From Planctomycetota bacterium (GTDB taxonomy: Bacteria; Planctomycetota; UBA8108; SXIK01), in assembly GCA_965223265.1 (NCBI GenBank), contig OZ244999.1, positions 1,920,001 through 1,984,000 of the forward strand: DNA of 64,000 nt, in the 5' to 3' direction. Position 1 is the first letter of the stretch. Each line of letters opens with the position of its first letter. Shown piece by piece: positions 56,027-64,000 of the stretch. The position numbers and the translations under genes were made by a program. The notes under the pieces were generated by a model. It made no database searches. It was given only the letters and a program-made list of their open reading frames with translations, and was not told the origin of the DNA.

Positions 56027-59000
56027 CTCCGGTGGGGCAGGTGTGTCTGTCGCCGCGCGCGTGCGACGTTCGTAAGCTCGATACTGGGGCCCAAGCTCGA
56101 GCGCTTGCTGAAGTTTCGTCTGAACCATCGCCGGCACTTCGCGCTCTACGAAGTGCACCTTACCGCCGACGCGACTGGCAAGAAGGCGCCCGCCCGCAAG
56201 TACGATTGTGTTGCCCGCGACGCTCGGCACTCGTGAGTTGTCGTCAAGGATGCCCGTCAAGTTCAGTGGATCGACGGCTGAGATGACGATCCACCCGTTC
56301 TCGCTGTCACCAGCGGTGTGCTGGTCGCGAAGAAGTCGCAAGCGTTCGAGCGCGGCCGGCGTGGCGTACTGCTCCCCGCCTAAGCCGGCGACGAAGCGAC
56401 CGCCGCGAACTTCACCTCTCGCTTCGGCACGCCTGAGGACACGGGCGATCGATTCCCACCGCGGCGCTGCATACTCGCGTTCAAGAAGGTCGCGGCAGAT
56501 GACGCCGTAGCGCAAAAGTAGCTGGTGCGCCCAGCGCGCGGCGCGGTCTCCTTCAGTGATCTCTGGCAGCAAGCCGGGAAAGAGTGACCAGCGACCGCCG
56601 CGCAGGTGAACACCTCCGGTCGGCAGCTCGGCCGCAGCGCCGAGCGCCCGGCGTGGTCGCTCTCGCGAGCGGCGTCGCTGTGCGCTAGGAATCGAGAGTT
56701 GCCGGACCGAAGCGAATCCGTCACTGCTGACGAGTCCACGCAGCGTCAGCTCTGCGAGAGCTCGCTCGACCTGTGAGCGCAGCAGCCCCGTCACTTGTTC
56801 GAGGACTTGCTCGAACAAAGCTCCGTGCTGTTTGAGCGCGTCATAGACGGCGGCCGCTTCACTACCGAGATCCGCGTCGCGTCCCTCCTCGAGCGGCGGC
56901 AGGAGCCAGCCAAGCTCAGAGCGCTGCATGAGCGCAATGGGCACTAGGCGTGTCATCGGAGATGAACGACCTGCTCGGCCTTCGGCGTCCACCCGTACGG
57001 TACGTCGGGTCACCGGGCGTCCCCACACTACGGCGCCAGAAAGCATCAGGTCGTCGAGCCAGCTCGTGTCGTACTCCTCCACGCGCAGCGGCAGGACTTC
57101 CGTCTCCCAAGCGGCGGCCGCGAGCGGGAATCCTTGCAGTTGCTGCAGTGCGAGCGCCGTTCCCGTACTGCCCAGAAGTCGCTGACCGCCCATTGCGTGC
57201 TGGTGCTCGAAGAGAAATTGCCAGAAGACCTCTCGGCTCGCAGGCTCGACCTGGGCGCGCAAACCTTCCAGGGTGAGGCGATGGATGCGCTGCAGCAGGC
57301 GGCGATCACACCACTCGCACGCAAAGACGTCATCGCTCCCAAGGGACGCTCCGAGAGGCGCAGCAAACCCTGGCGTGAAGCGACCTCGCAGGACCGCGCC
57401 TTCCGACTCCAGCTTGAGAAGAGATCTCTCAACGGCTTGAGTCTCCAGTCCGAGTTTCTCGCTGAGCTCCTTCGCAGTTGTCGGTCCCGTGCTCTCCAGG
57501 CGTGCCCTGACGATCGCCAGCTGTGCCTCTTCAGCGTCGAGAGTTTTGGTGTCGAGGAAGTCAGGCAAGACGATTTCTGGCGAAAACTTGAGCTCGGGGC
57601 GTGCTGCCTGAACGCTCGGGCAACACTCAGCGGCTACCAGATAGGACTCGCCACGCGGATCGATCGCCAAAGCGGCTCTGTTCGCCTCGACGAGCTCTTG
57701 AAACCATTCCAGCCACGCCTCGCCTTCGCGTGCTGGAAGCGTGTAGAGCAGAACGAGTGCTTCGTGCAGCTCGTCGGCGTCGCGCACGATTGGCCACGCC
57801 TCACCACGCACCTGATCTATAGCGTCTGCGTCCAATTGTCCGAGCTCGTCGACGGTTTTTGGATCGGCAAAACGTCGCGTCGCTACGGCCCGGGCCCTGC
57901 GCTCCTCGAGTGGCGCGTCGTCGAGAAACGCATAGGGATTGGCGTTGAGGAGCTCATGACTGAACGGCGAGGGCTCGCGCGTGTCGACGCCGCGAAGCTC
58001 GACCGTCTCGGCGGCGATGTCTTCGAGCACTTGCCTGCAACGCTCGAAATCCATCGCCTCCGTGAAGCAGTCGGCGAGCGTTTGCCCCACAAGCGGGTGG
58101 GATGGAATTTCCACGTCGCCGCTGTGGTTCTCCAGACAACCGGTCTGAGCGGGAAACACTGCGGTGAGGAAGTCGTCGGCGCGAAATCGCTGCAGCGGCG
58201 GTGGGACTTTTTTGCCGCCGCGCATGCGCAGCACCGCCAAGGCGCGCGTTGCGTTCCAGCGCCATCGCGTTAGGAACATTGGAACCGCGAGCACAGCTTG
58301 CGTCAGCAGGTTTTCGAGGTTGTCGGGGTGGACCATGCGAAAAAGAGTGTCGATCGGAAAGCTATGCTGCGGACCGAACGACAGGATAATGCCGTTGTCG
58401 TTGGCGGCGGCTTGGAGCTCGAAATTGAAACTGCGACAGAATCGTTTGCGCAGCGCCAACCCCCAAGCCCGGTTGACGCGAGCGCCGAACGGCGAGTGAA
58501 TGACCAGCTGCATGCCGCCGGACTCGTCGAAGAAGCGTTCGAAGATCACGTGTGTCTGCGTTGGAACTCTACCAAGAGCGCGGCACTGCAGGTCGATGTA
58601 GTCTACGACCTGGCGGGCCGCGGCCTCCGACGCTCCGCACTCTCGTTGAAGTCGTCGTCGAACACCGAGCGTCGACTCTTCGTCTTTCGCGGCGTCTCCG
58701 TCCCCTGGAGCAAGGAGCCATCCTTCGAGGTCTTCGCGAAGCCGGGAGACTGCCGCCGAGAGCTCGAAGGTTCTTCCTGGGGCTTCCCCGAGCCAGAACG
58801 GGATCGTCGCAGGCGCCCCGCGCGCGTCAGCCACCGTGACGACCCCGCTGCGCACGTGTCGGATCTGCCAGGATGTGTTCCCGAGTAGGAAAATGTCTCC
58901 TGCCATGCTCTCGAGCGCGAAATCCTCGTTGAGTGTGCCGACATATGTGCCGTCGCCTTCGGTCTCAACGCGGAAATCAGCGTTTTCTGGAATGGCGCCA

Positions 59001-60637
59001 CCGCTGGTCACCGACGCGATCCGAGCACCACGGCGAGCGCGGACGGTCTTGTTGATACGATCGCGATGGAGGTGACGAGCGAAGCGTCGTGCACCCCTCT
59101 TGCCGTCACTCAACATCTCGAGTACAGCGTCGAAATCCGTGCGGCGCAGGTCACGAAACGGCCACGCGAGCCGACAGAACTCGAAGAGTTCGTCTTCGCC
59201 CCAGCTCTCGTCGCAGGCTGCCGCGGTGATTTGCTGGGCCAAAATGTCCAGCGGCGCTTTAGGGATGTCGATTGCGTCGAGGATCCCCTTCCGTGCTGCC
59301 CGAATGAGCGCGAGACACTCGAGCAGCTCGTCGCGCGTGAGAGGGAAGAGCCGCCCCTTCGGAGTCTTGCCAAGCGAGTGGCCGGCGCGGCCGACGCGCT
59401 GCAGGCAGGTCGCGATGGCGCGGGGCGAACCGACCTGACAGACCAGGTCGATATAACCGACATCGATGCCGAGCTCGAGCGAGGCGGTTGCGACAATGGC
59501 TTTGAGCTGACCCGTCTTGAGACGTTCTTCGGCGTCGAGGCGGATGGAGCGCGAGAGACTGCCATGGTGGCTGGTGACGCTCTCTTCGCCCAAGAGGGCT
59601 GAGAGGTAGTGCGTGACACGCTCAGCGAGGCGTCGGGTATTGACGAATACGAGGGTGCTGCGGTGGGAGGAGATGAGGGCTGCGAGTTGGGCGTAGATTT
59701 CGTCCCACGTCTCGAGCGAGCAAACGGCGCTTAATTCCGAGGATGGGACTTCGATCGCAAGATCTATTTCGCGTGCGTGTCCCATGTCGACGATGTGGCA
59801 GCGGGCAGAGTCCGTCCGAAGGCCTGCGGCGGCAATCCTGCGGCCGCCACCGTCGCAATCGGTCTTGCACTTGCCTTTGCCGCTGCGTCTGTCTTTGCCG
59901 CTGCCCTTGCTCTTGCTCAGCCCTTTGTCGTTGCCGTCTTCTTGAATGTCGCCACGCGCGCTGCGATCGACGTTCGCTGTGCCGACCAAAAACCGCGCGA
60001 TCTCTTCGATCGGTCGCTGCGTCGCCGATAGGCCGATGCGCTGTAAGGGCTTTTCCCCTAGTCGCTCAAGACGCTCGAGCGACAGGCTCAAGTGTGAGCC
60101 GCGTTTGTCCGCGGCAAGAACGTGGATTTCGTCGACAATGACCGTCTGCACATTCTTTAGAAGAGCTCTCGAGCGCTCAGCTGTCAGGAGGATGAAGAGC
60201 GACTCGGGAGTGGTCACCAGAATGTGGGGCGGATGGCGCAGCATGGACTGACGATCCTTTGCCGGCGTGTCGCCGCTGCGGACGAAGGCACGGATCGGCT
60301 GCGGCGTGTGTCCTCGCTGCGATGCAAGCGAGAGGATCCCAGTGAGGGGTTCTTCGAGGTTGCGTCGGATGTCGTTGCTGAGAGCTTTCAAGGGCGAGAC
60401 GTAGACGACGTGAACTTCCGGCGTCAGCTTGCCTTCGAGGGCTTGACGCAGCAGTCGGTCGATACAGACTAGGAAGGCCGTCAGCGTCTTGCCGGAACCC
60501 GTCGGCGCCGCGACGAGCGTATGCTCAGACGTTGCGATCGCCTTCCAACCGCTCTCCTGCGGCGCGGTAGGGGCGTCGAACTTCGACGTGAACCACTCCC
60601 AAGTGATTGGATGAAACAGGTCCCTGAGATTTTCCAT
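56018..60637 (-). CDS. lhr: Lhr family ATP-dependent SF2 helicase (long form with C-terminal extension)
   Basis: APTGSGKT, YVSPLKALSND, TTPES, DEIH, GLSAT, HHGSL, LELGIDVG, QRVGRAGH, IPFWLGEAPGR, RGGRFV. ATG at 60637 preferred over 60721. Confidence 0.92.
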   Translation of the reverse strand: MENLRDLFHPITWEWFTSKFDAPTAPQESGWKAIATSEHTLVAAPTGSGKTLTAFLVCIDRLLRQALEGKLTPEVHVVYVSPLKALSNDIRRNLEEPLTGILSLASQRGHTPQPIRAFVRSGDTPAKDRQSMLRHPPHILVTTPESLFILLTAERSRALLKNVQTVIVDEIHVLAADKRGSHLSLSLERLERLGEKPLQRIGLSATQRPIEEIARFLVGTANVDRSARGDIQEDGNDKGLSKSKGSGKDRRSGKGKCKTDCDGGGRRIAAAGLRTDSARCHIVDMGHAREIDLAIEVPSSELSAVCSLETWDEIYAQLAALISSHRSTLVFVNTRRLAERVTHYLSALLGEESVTSHHGSLSRSIRLDAEERLKTGQLKAIVATASLELGIDVGYIDLVCQVGSPRAIATCLQRVGRAGHSLGKTPKGRLFPLTRDELLECLALIRAARKGILDAIDIPKAPLDILAQQITAAACDESWGEDELFEFCRLAWPFRDLRRTDFDAVLEMLSDGKRGARRFARHLHRDRINKTVRARRGARIASVTSGGAIPENADFRVETEGDGTYVGTLNEDFALESMAGDIFLLGNTSWQIRHVRSGVVTVADARGAPATIPFWLGEAPGRTFELSAAVSRLREDLEGWLLAPGDGDAAKDEESTLGVRRRLQRECGASEAAARQVVDYIDLQCRALGRVPTQTHVIFERFFDESGGMQLVIHSPFGARVNRAWGLALRKRFCRSFNFELQAAANDNGIILSFGPQHSFPIDTLFRMVHPDNLENLLTQAVLAVPMFLTRWRWNATRALAVLRMRGGKKVPPPLQRFRADDFLTAVFPAQTGCLENHSGDVEIPSHPLVGQTLADCFTEAMDFERCRQVLEDIAAETVELRGVDTREPSPFSHELLNANPYAFLDDAPLEERRARAVATRRFADPKTVDELGQLDADAIDQVRGEAWPIVRDADELHEALVLLYTLPAREGEAWLEWFQELVEANRAALAIDPRGESYLVAAECCPSVQAARPELKFSPEIVLPDFLDTKTLDAEEAQLAIVRARLESTGPTTAKELSEKLGLETQAVERSLLKLESEGAVLRGRFTPGFAAPLGASLGSDDVFACEWCDRRLLQRIHRLTLEGLRAQVEPASREVFWQFLFEHQHAMGGQRLLGSTGTALALQQLQGFPLAAAAWETEVLPLRVEEYDTSWLDDLMLSGAVVWGRPVTRRTVRVDAEGRAGRSSPMTRLVPIALMQRSELGWLLPPLEEGRDADLGSEAAAVYDALKQHGALFEQVLEQVTGLLRSQVERALAELTLRGLVSSDGFASVRQLSIPSAQRRRSRERPRRALGAAAELPTGGVHLRGGRWSLFPGLLPEITEGDRAARWAHQLLLRYGVICRDLLEREYAAPRWESIARVLRRAEARGEVRGGRFVAGLGGEQYATPAALERLRLLRDQHTAGDSENGWIVISAVDPLNLTGILDDNSRVPSVAGNTIVLAGGRLLASRVGGKVHFVEREVPAMVQTKLQQALELGPQYRAYERRTRAATDTPAPPEKK

Positions 60638-60908
60638 CGAGTCGCTTTCCCGAGCGCCTTCGGAAGCCTTCACGTGGTGACAGACACCCATCAGAATGAG
60701 GCCTTGACGAGGGGTTCTCAAATGAAATCGGTCCAGCGTGATCGACCACCGTGTGGAGTTTTTTCTTCTTTTCTTCTCTGCCCCTTCTTGGTCTCCTGGC
60801 AGCCTCCATCTCGCGTCTGGAGCGCGGAGAGATTGTCACGAATCGATTCAAGTCGGCCGATCGTCGTGCGGTCGAAGATCTTCGTTCGGAGCTACGAGAC
60901 TCGAAAGG

Positions 60909-61952
60909 ATGCCGAAGACCGGGCTGCTACTGATCAATTTGGGTACACCGGATGCGCCGGACACGGCGTCGGTGCGTCGTTACTTGCGTGAGTTTTTGTC
61001 TGACCCGCGCGTACTCGATGTCAACCCCGCGATGCGTTCGGTCGTCCTCAATCTTTTCATCTTGCCGCGCCGGCCGGCGCAATCGGCTGCAGCCTATCAG
61101 ACGATTTGGACCGACCGTGGCTCGCCGCTCCTTTTTCATACCGCCGACTTGACCGAGAAGGTCCGCCAGCGCGTCGGCGAATCGGTTCACGTCGAGTTCG
61201 CGATGCGCTATCAACACCCGTCGATCTCCGACGCGCTCGAGCGGTTTCGTGAGCGATCCGTTGACCGCATCGTCGCATTCCCTCTGTTCCCGCAATACGC
61301 CTCGTCGGCGACCGGATCGGCGCTCGCCAAGGTGTTCGAGGAAGCGGGAAAGCTGTGGAATGTGCCTGCGATTCAAGTCGTGCCGCCGTTTTTCGATCAT
61401 CCCGCGTTCATCCGTGCATTCACGGCAGTCGCGCAGCCCGTGCTCGATGATTTCGCACCCGACTATGTTCTGCTGAGCTACCATGGCCTTCCCGAGCGCC
61501 ATGTCGTCAAGAGCGACGAATCCGGCGGACGACATTGCTTGCGGCAGGGGAACTGCTGCGATGAGATTGTCGACGCCAACCGCAATTGCTATCGCGCCCA
61601 GTGCTTCGCGACGTCGCGGGCGCTCACCACGAGCCTCGGCTTAGCGCCAAAGAGTTGGGAGATCACGTTCCAGTCACGTCTTGGTCGTGATCCATGGATT
61701 CGGCCTTACACAGACGTGCGGCTCACCGAACTGGCAGCCTCCGGGGTGAAGAGACTCGCAGTCCTCTGCCCGGCGTTCGTGGCTGACTGCCTCGAGACGC
61801 TAGAGGAGATCGGTATCCGTGCGCTTGAGGATTTCAAGGCGCACGGCGGCGAAGATCTCAAACTCGTGCCTTCGTTGAACGCCACGGACGATTGGGTTTC
61901 GGCCGTGATTGACATTGCGAGCGCGGAGATTCGGCACCCGGCCGAAGCGTGA
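60909..61952 (+). CDS. hemH: Ferrochelatase
   Basis: GLLLINLGTP, YLREFLSDPRV, AMRY..P, PLFPQY, SYHGLP, FQSRLG..W..PYT, FVADCLETLEEI. Confidence 0.95.
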   Translation: MPKTGLLLINLGTPDAPDTASVRRYLREFLSDPRVLDVNPAMRSVVLNLFILPRRPAQSAAAYQTIWTDRGSPLLFHTADLTEKVRQRVGESVHVEFAMRYQHPSISDALERFRERSVDRIVAFPLFPQYASSATGSALAKVFEEAGKLWNVPAIQVVPPFFDHPAFIRAFTAVAQPVLDDFAPDYVLLSYHGLPERHVVKSDESGGRHCLRQGNCCDEIVDANRNCYRAQCFATSRALTTSLGLAPKSWEITFQSRLGRDPWIRPYTDVRLTELAASGVKRLAVLCPAFVADCLETLEEIGIRALEDFKAHGGEDLKLVPSLNATDDWVSAVIDIASAEIRHPAEA

Positions 61953-62351
61953 GTCGGCGACGGTTCGCAGCATGTGAGGGGCATTTTTGCGAGGCGTGCA
62001 CCAACAACGCTCGACCTGTCCCGACCGTCTCCATAACGACAGAAAAGAACGCTTCGATTCACTCACTGAAGAGGCTACATTTGGTCGGTGGAGAGGGAAA
62101 GACGGGAGGGGGCTTGGGCGGGCGCCGAAGAGGGAACGTTGTTCGGCCCCGCTCTTTCTTCTCCTTCGCCTGAGCGGGAGCGCTCGGCGCGGGGAGACTC
62201 AACTCACGATGCTGGGTATCGTCAGACCGTGAGAGATTTCGCTGGCAAACATGCCCGGGTCTCCGCAAGCTTTGGAGGTCTATCTCGCGCCGCTGGCGAT
62301 GATCGACCTTCGGGCTTGGGAACATTGTCTTAGCGAGGAACCACAGGCGAG

Positions 62352-63617
62352 ATGCTGCACCGTCGATCTCAGCGTCCTTCCAGCGACGCCCGTCGCGCAC
62401 CGACCACTATTGAGCGGCGGACGTCGCCACCGGACGAAGCTGCATGGCGGACCCCATGGGTGCAGTTGCGGTCGGCGACCTACCACACGTTTATCTACAA
62501 GCGGATGGTGCAGAGTGCGTCGATGGACGCCGAGCTTGGCAGCCTCGTGAGTGTGTACGACAAGCTGGGGCACTTCTTCGGTACCGCATTTTTCAATCCG
62601 GAATCGCAGATCGCCCTGCGTCTGGTTTCGACTCGAGACGAAGAAGTCGACGCGGTCTTTTTCGAGCGGCTCCTTGAGCGTGCGGTCGCACTGCGACGTG
62701 ACGTTCTTCAAGTCGATCGAGACACCAACGCGTATCGCCTGGTCAACTCTGAAGGCGATGAACTCAGTGGACTCGTCGTCGATCTTTTCGACGATGTGCT
62801 CAGCATCGAGCTCTTCAGTGCTGGAGCGTTTAAGCGTCTTGGGGCCTGGCTTCCGTTCTTGCAGCGACTCACCGGAACCGAGAAGTACCGCGTTCATGTC
62901 GATCCGACGGTCACCCGCCGGGAGGCGATTCGGACACCGCTCCCTGTCGCCCCTTTGGCACCGACAAGCTTGAAGGCCGTCCGCATCCGCGAGCACGGAG
63001 TGCGCTACGCCGTCGATTTGGCGAGCGGGCACAAGACTGGTTTCTTTTGCGACCAGCGTCAGAACCGCGTCGACGTATCGCGCCTCGTGAGCAGTCGCAG
63101 TTTGCTTGACGTTTGCTGCTACAGCGGCGGTTTTGGCATCAGCGCCCTCGTCGGCGGCGGGACTCAGGACGTGACGGGCGTTGACCTTGACGAGCGGGCG
63201 ATCGATCAGGCGAAGCACAACGCCAACTTGAACCAAGTTCGCGCCAAGTGGGTGCACGCCGATGCATTCTCGTACCTGCGTCAAATGCACGAGGGCGGAA
63301 AACGATGGGAAATGGTCGTTCTTGATCCCCCGAAGTTCATACCGACGCGGCGTGACTACGACGAAGGTGAAAAGAAGTACCATGATTTGAACCGCCTCGC
63401 GGTCTCCGTCGTCGCCCCCGGGGGCCTGTTCGTCACGTGCTCCTGCTCCGGTCTCATGCCGCCAAACGAGTTCGACCGTCTTGTCTGTCAGGCCGCACAT
63501 CGTGCCGGGCGGCGACTGCAGATTTTTCGCCGCACCGAAGCGGGCCCGGATCATCCTGTGCTATCGAATTGCCCTGAGGGGCGGTACTTGCAAGTTACGT
63601 GGTGCCGTGTGTTGTGA
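62352..63617 (+). CDS. rlmI: Class I SAM-dependent rRNA methyltransferase, RlmI/YccW family
   Basis: RLVNSEGDELSGLVVD, GHKTGFFCDQRQNR, LDVCCYSGGF, LDPPKF, TCSCS, PDHP..EG.YL. Confidence 0.85.
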   Translation: MLHRRSQRPSSDARRAPTTIERRTSPPDEAAWRTPWVQLRSATYHTFIYKRMVQSASMDAELGSLVSVYDKLGHFFGTAFFNPESQIALRLVSTRDEEVDAVFFERLLERAVALRRDVLQVDRDTNAYRLVNSEGDELSGLVVDLFDDVLSIELFSAGAFKRLGAWLPFLQRLTGTEKYRVHVDPTVTRREAIRTPLPVAPLAPTSLKAVRIREHGVRYAVDLASGHKTGFFCDQRQNRVDVSRLVSSRSLLDVCCYSGGFGISALVGGGTQDVTGVDLDERAIDQAKHNANLNQVRAKWVHADAFSYLRQMHEGGKRWEMVVLDPPKFIPTRRDYDEGEKKYHDLNRLAVSVVAPGGLFVTCSCSGLMPPNEFDRLVCQAAHRAGRRLQIFRRTEAGPDHPVLSNCPEGRYLQVTWCRVL

Positions 63618-63728
63618 TTTCGCTGCGACGACGTCTTTGAAGCGCGTTGATCACGGCACCGCCAAGCAGACTCCGGACCTCAGCCGATTCGGTTGATTCC
63701 GGATGCTCTTGTTTCACGAGGACGTTCG

Positions 63729-64000
63729 ATGCTGAAGTTCTACAAGTTCTGTTCCGATGTCCCTGCTCCTGTAGCCGCGCGAGGCGCCTACGAGAAACGA
63801 GCGCCGGGACGAGGATGGCCCGAAGAGTGTCCACCGGTGCGCGCCGCGAACGCGTTCGGTTGGGACGTGCTCGCGATGCACGATTTAAAGTTTCAGCGGG
63901 ACGGAGAGAATTGGACGCTCGCGGAAGCCGTCGACGTAGAGAGTGATTGGGCCTACAGTCCACCCGACGCCCCGAACGGCGAAGAGGGCGAGCCGCTCGT
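63729..64000 (+). CDS. Hypothetical protein, DUF6065-like N-terminus, runs off the window
   Basis: Not in the ORF track. GAGG upstream of ATG 63729; the frame is open to the window end (MLKFYKFCSDVPAP..EECPPVRAANAFGWDVL). Confidence 0.6.
   Translation, partial: MLKFYKFCSDVPAPVAARGAYEKRAPGRGWPEECPPVRAANAFGWDVLAMHDLKFQRDGENWTLAEAVDVESDWAYSPPDAPNGEEGEPL

Noticed and set aside
57134-58273. Long antisense or alternate-frame ORFs (also 3077-4021, 4616-5710, 47925-48947, 52436-53557, 62280-63554)
   Set aside because: Shadow ORFs typical of GC-rich DNA, lying opposite genes with clear family motifs and showing no recognisable motifs of their own.
59815-59965. Intein in Lhr
   Set aside because: The insert is only about 45 aa and lacks the terminal His-Asn and the other splicing blocks.
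62085-62200. Glycine riboswitch (GGAGAG..CGCCGAAG resemblance)
   Set aside because: The CTCTCAGG element is missing at the expected place and the downstream gene is unrelated to glycine metabolism.
1-64000. tRNA, rRNA, IS elements, integrases or prophage
   Set aside because: No cloverleaf or rRNA signatures, transposase or integrase motifs, terminal inverted repeats or phage genes were seen by eye.

Overview
GC-rich bacterial chromosomal window, most likely from a Planctomycetota genome (DUF1501 and DUF1549/DUF1553 genes, Ser/Thr kinase plus ECF sigma module, many dockerin-like tails). About 29 coding regions are supported. I found no rRNA, tRNA, CRISPR array or mobile element. Recognisable housekeeping genes: a threonine dehydratase-family enzyme, a B3/4 editing-domain protein, Lhr helicase, ferrochelatase and an RlmI-like methyltransferase. 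There is also an ergothioneine locus (egtD, ABC transporter, egtB). The most striking signal is a pair of ~1800-aa paralogous exported proteins (7407-12863 minus, 29096-34510 plus). Each joins FG-GAP beta-propeller repeats to a dikinase module with intact-looking motifs in glucan-water-dikinase order (phospho-His domain, then ATP-grasp domain) and ends in a dockerin-like domain. Three other exported proteins end in the same Cys-patterned dockerin-like tail: a PQQ sugar dehydrogenase, a giant CARDB protein, and a bacterial CLCA-like metalloprotease/VWA protein that may also carry a cohesin-like domain. This suggests a shared surface-assembly or sorting system. Two large genes are split by apparent 1-nt frameshifts, which may be assembly errors. 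All family calls come from motif recognition by eye; no database searches were run.
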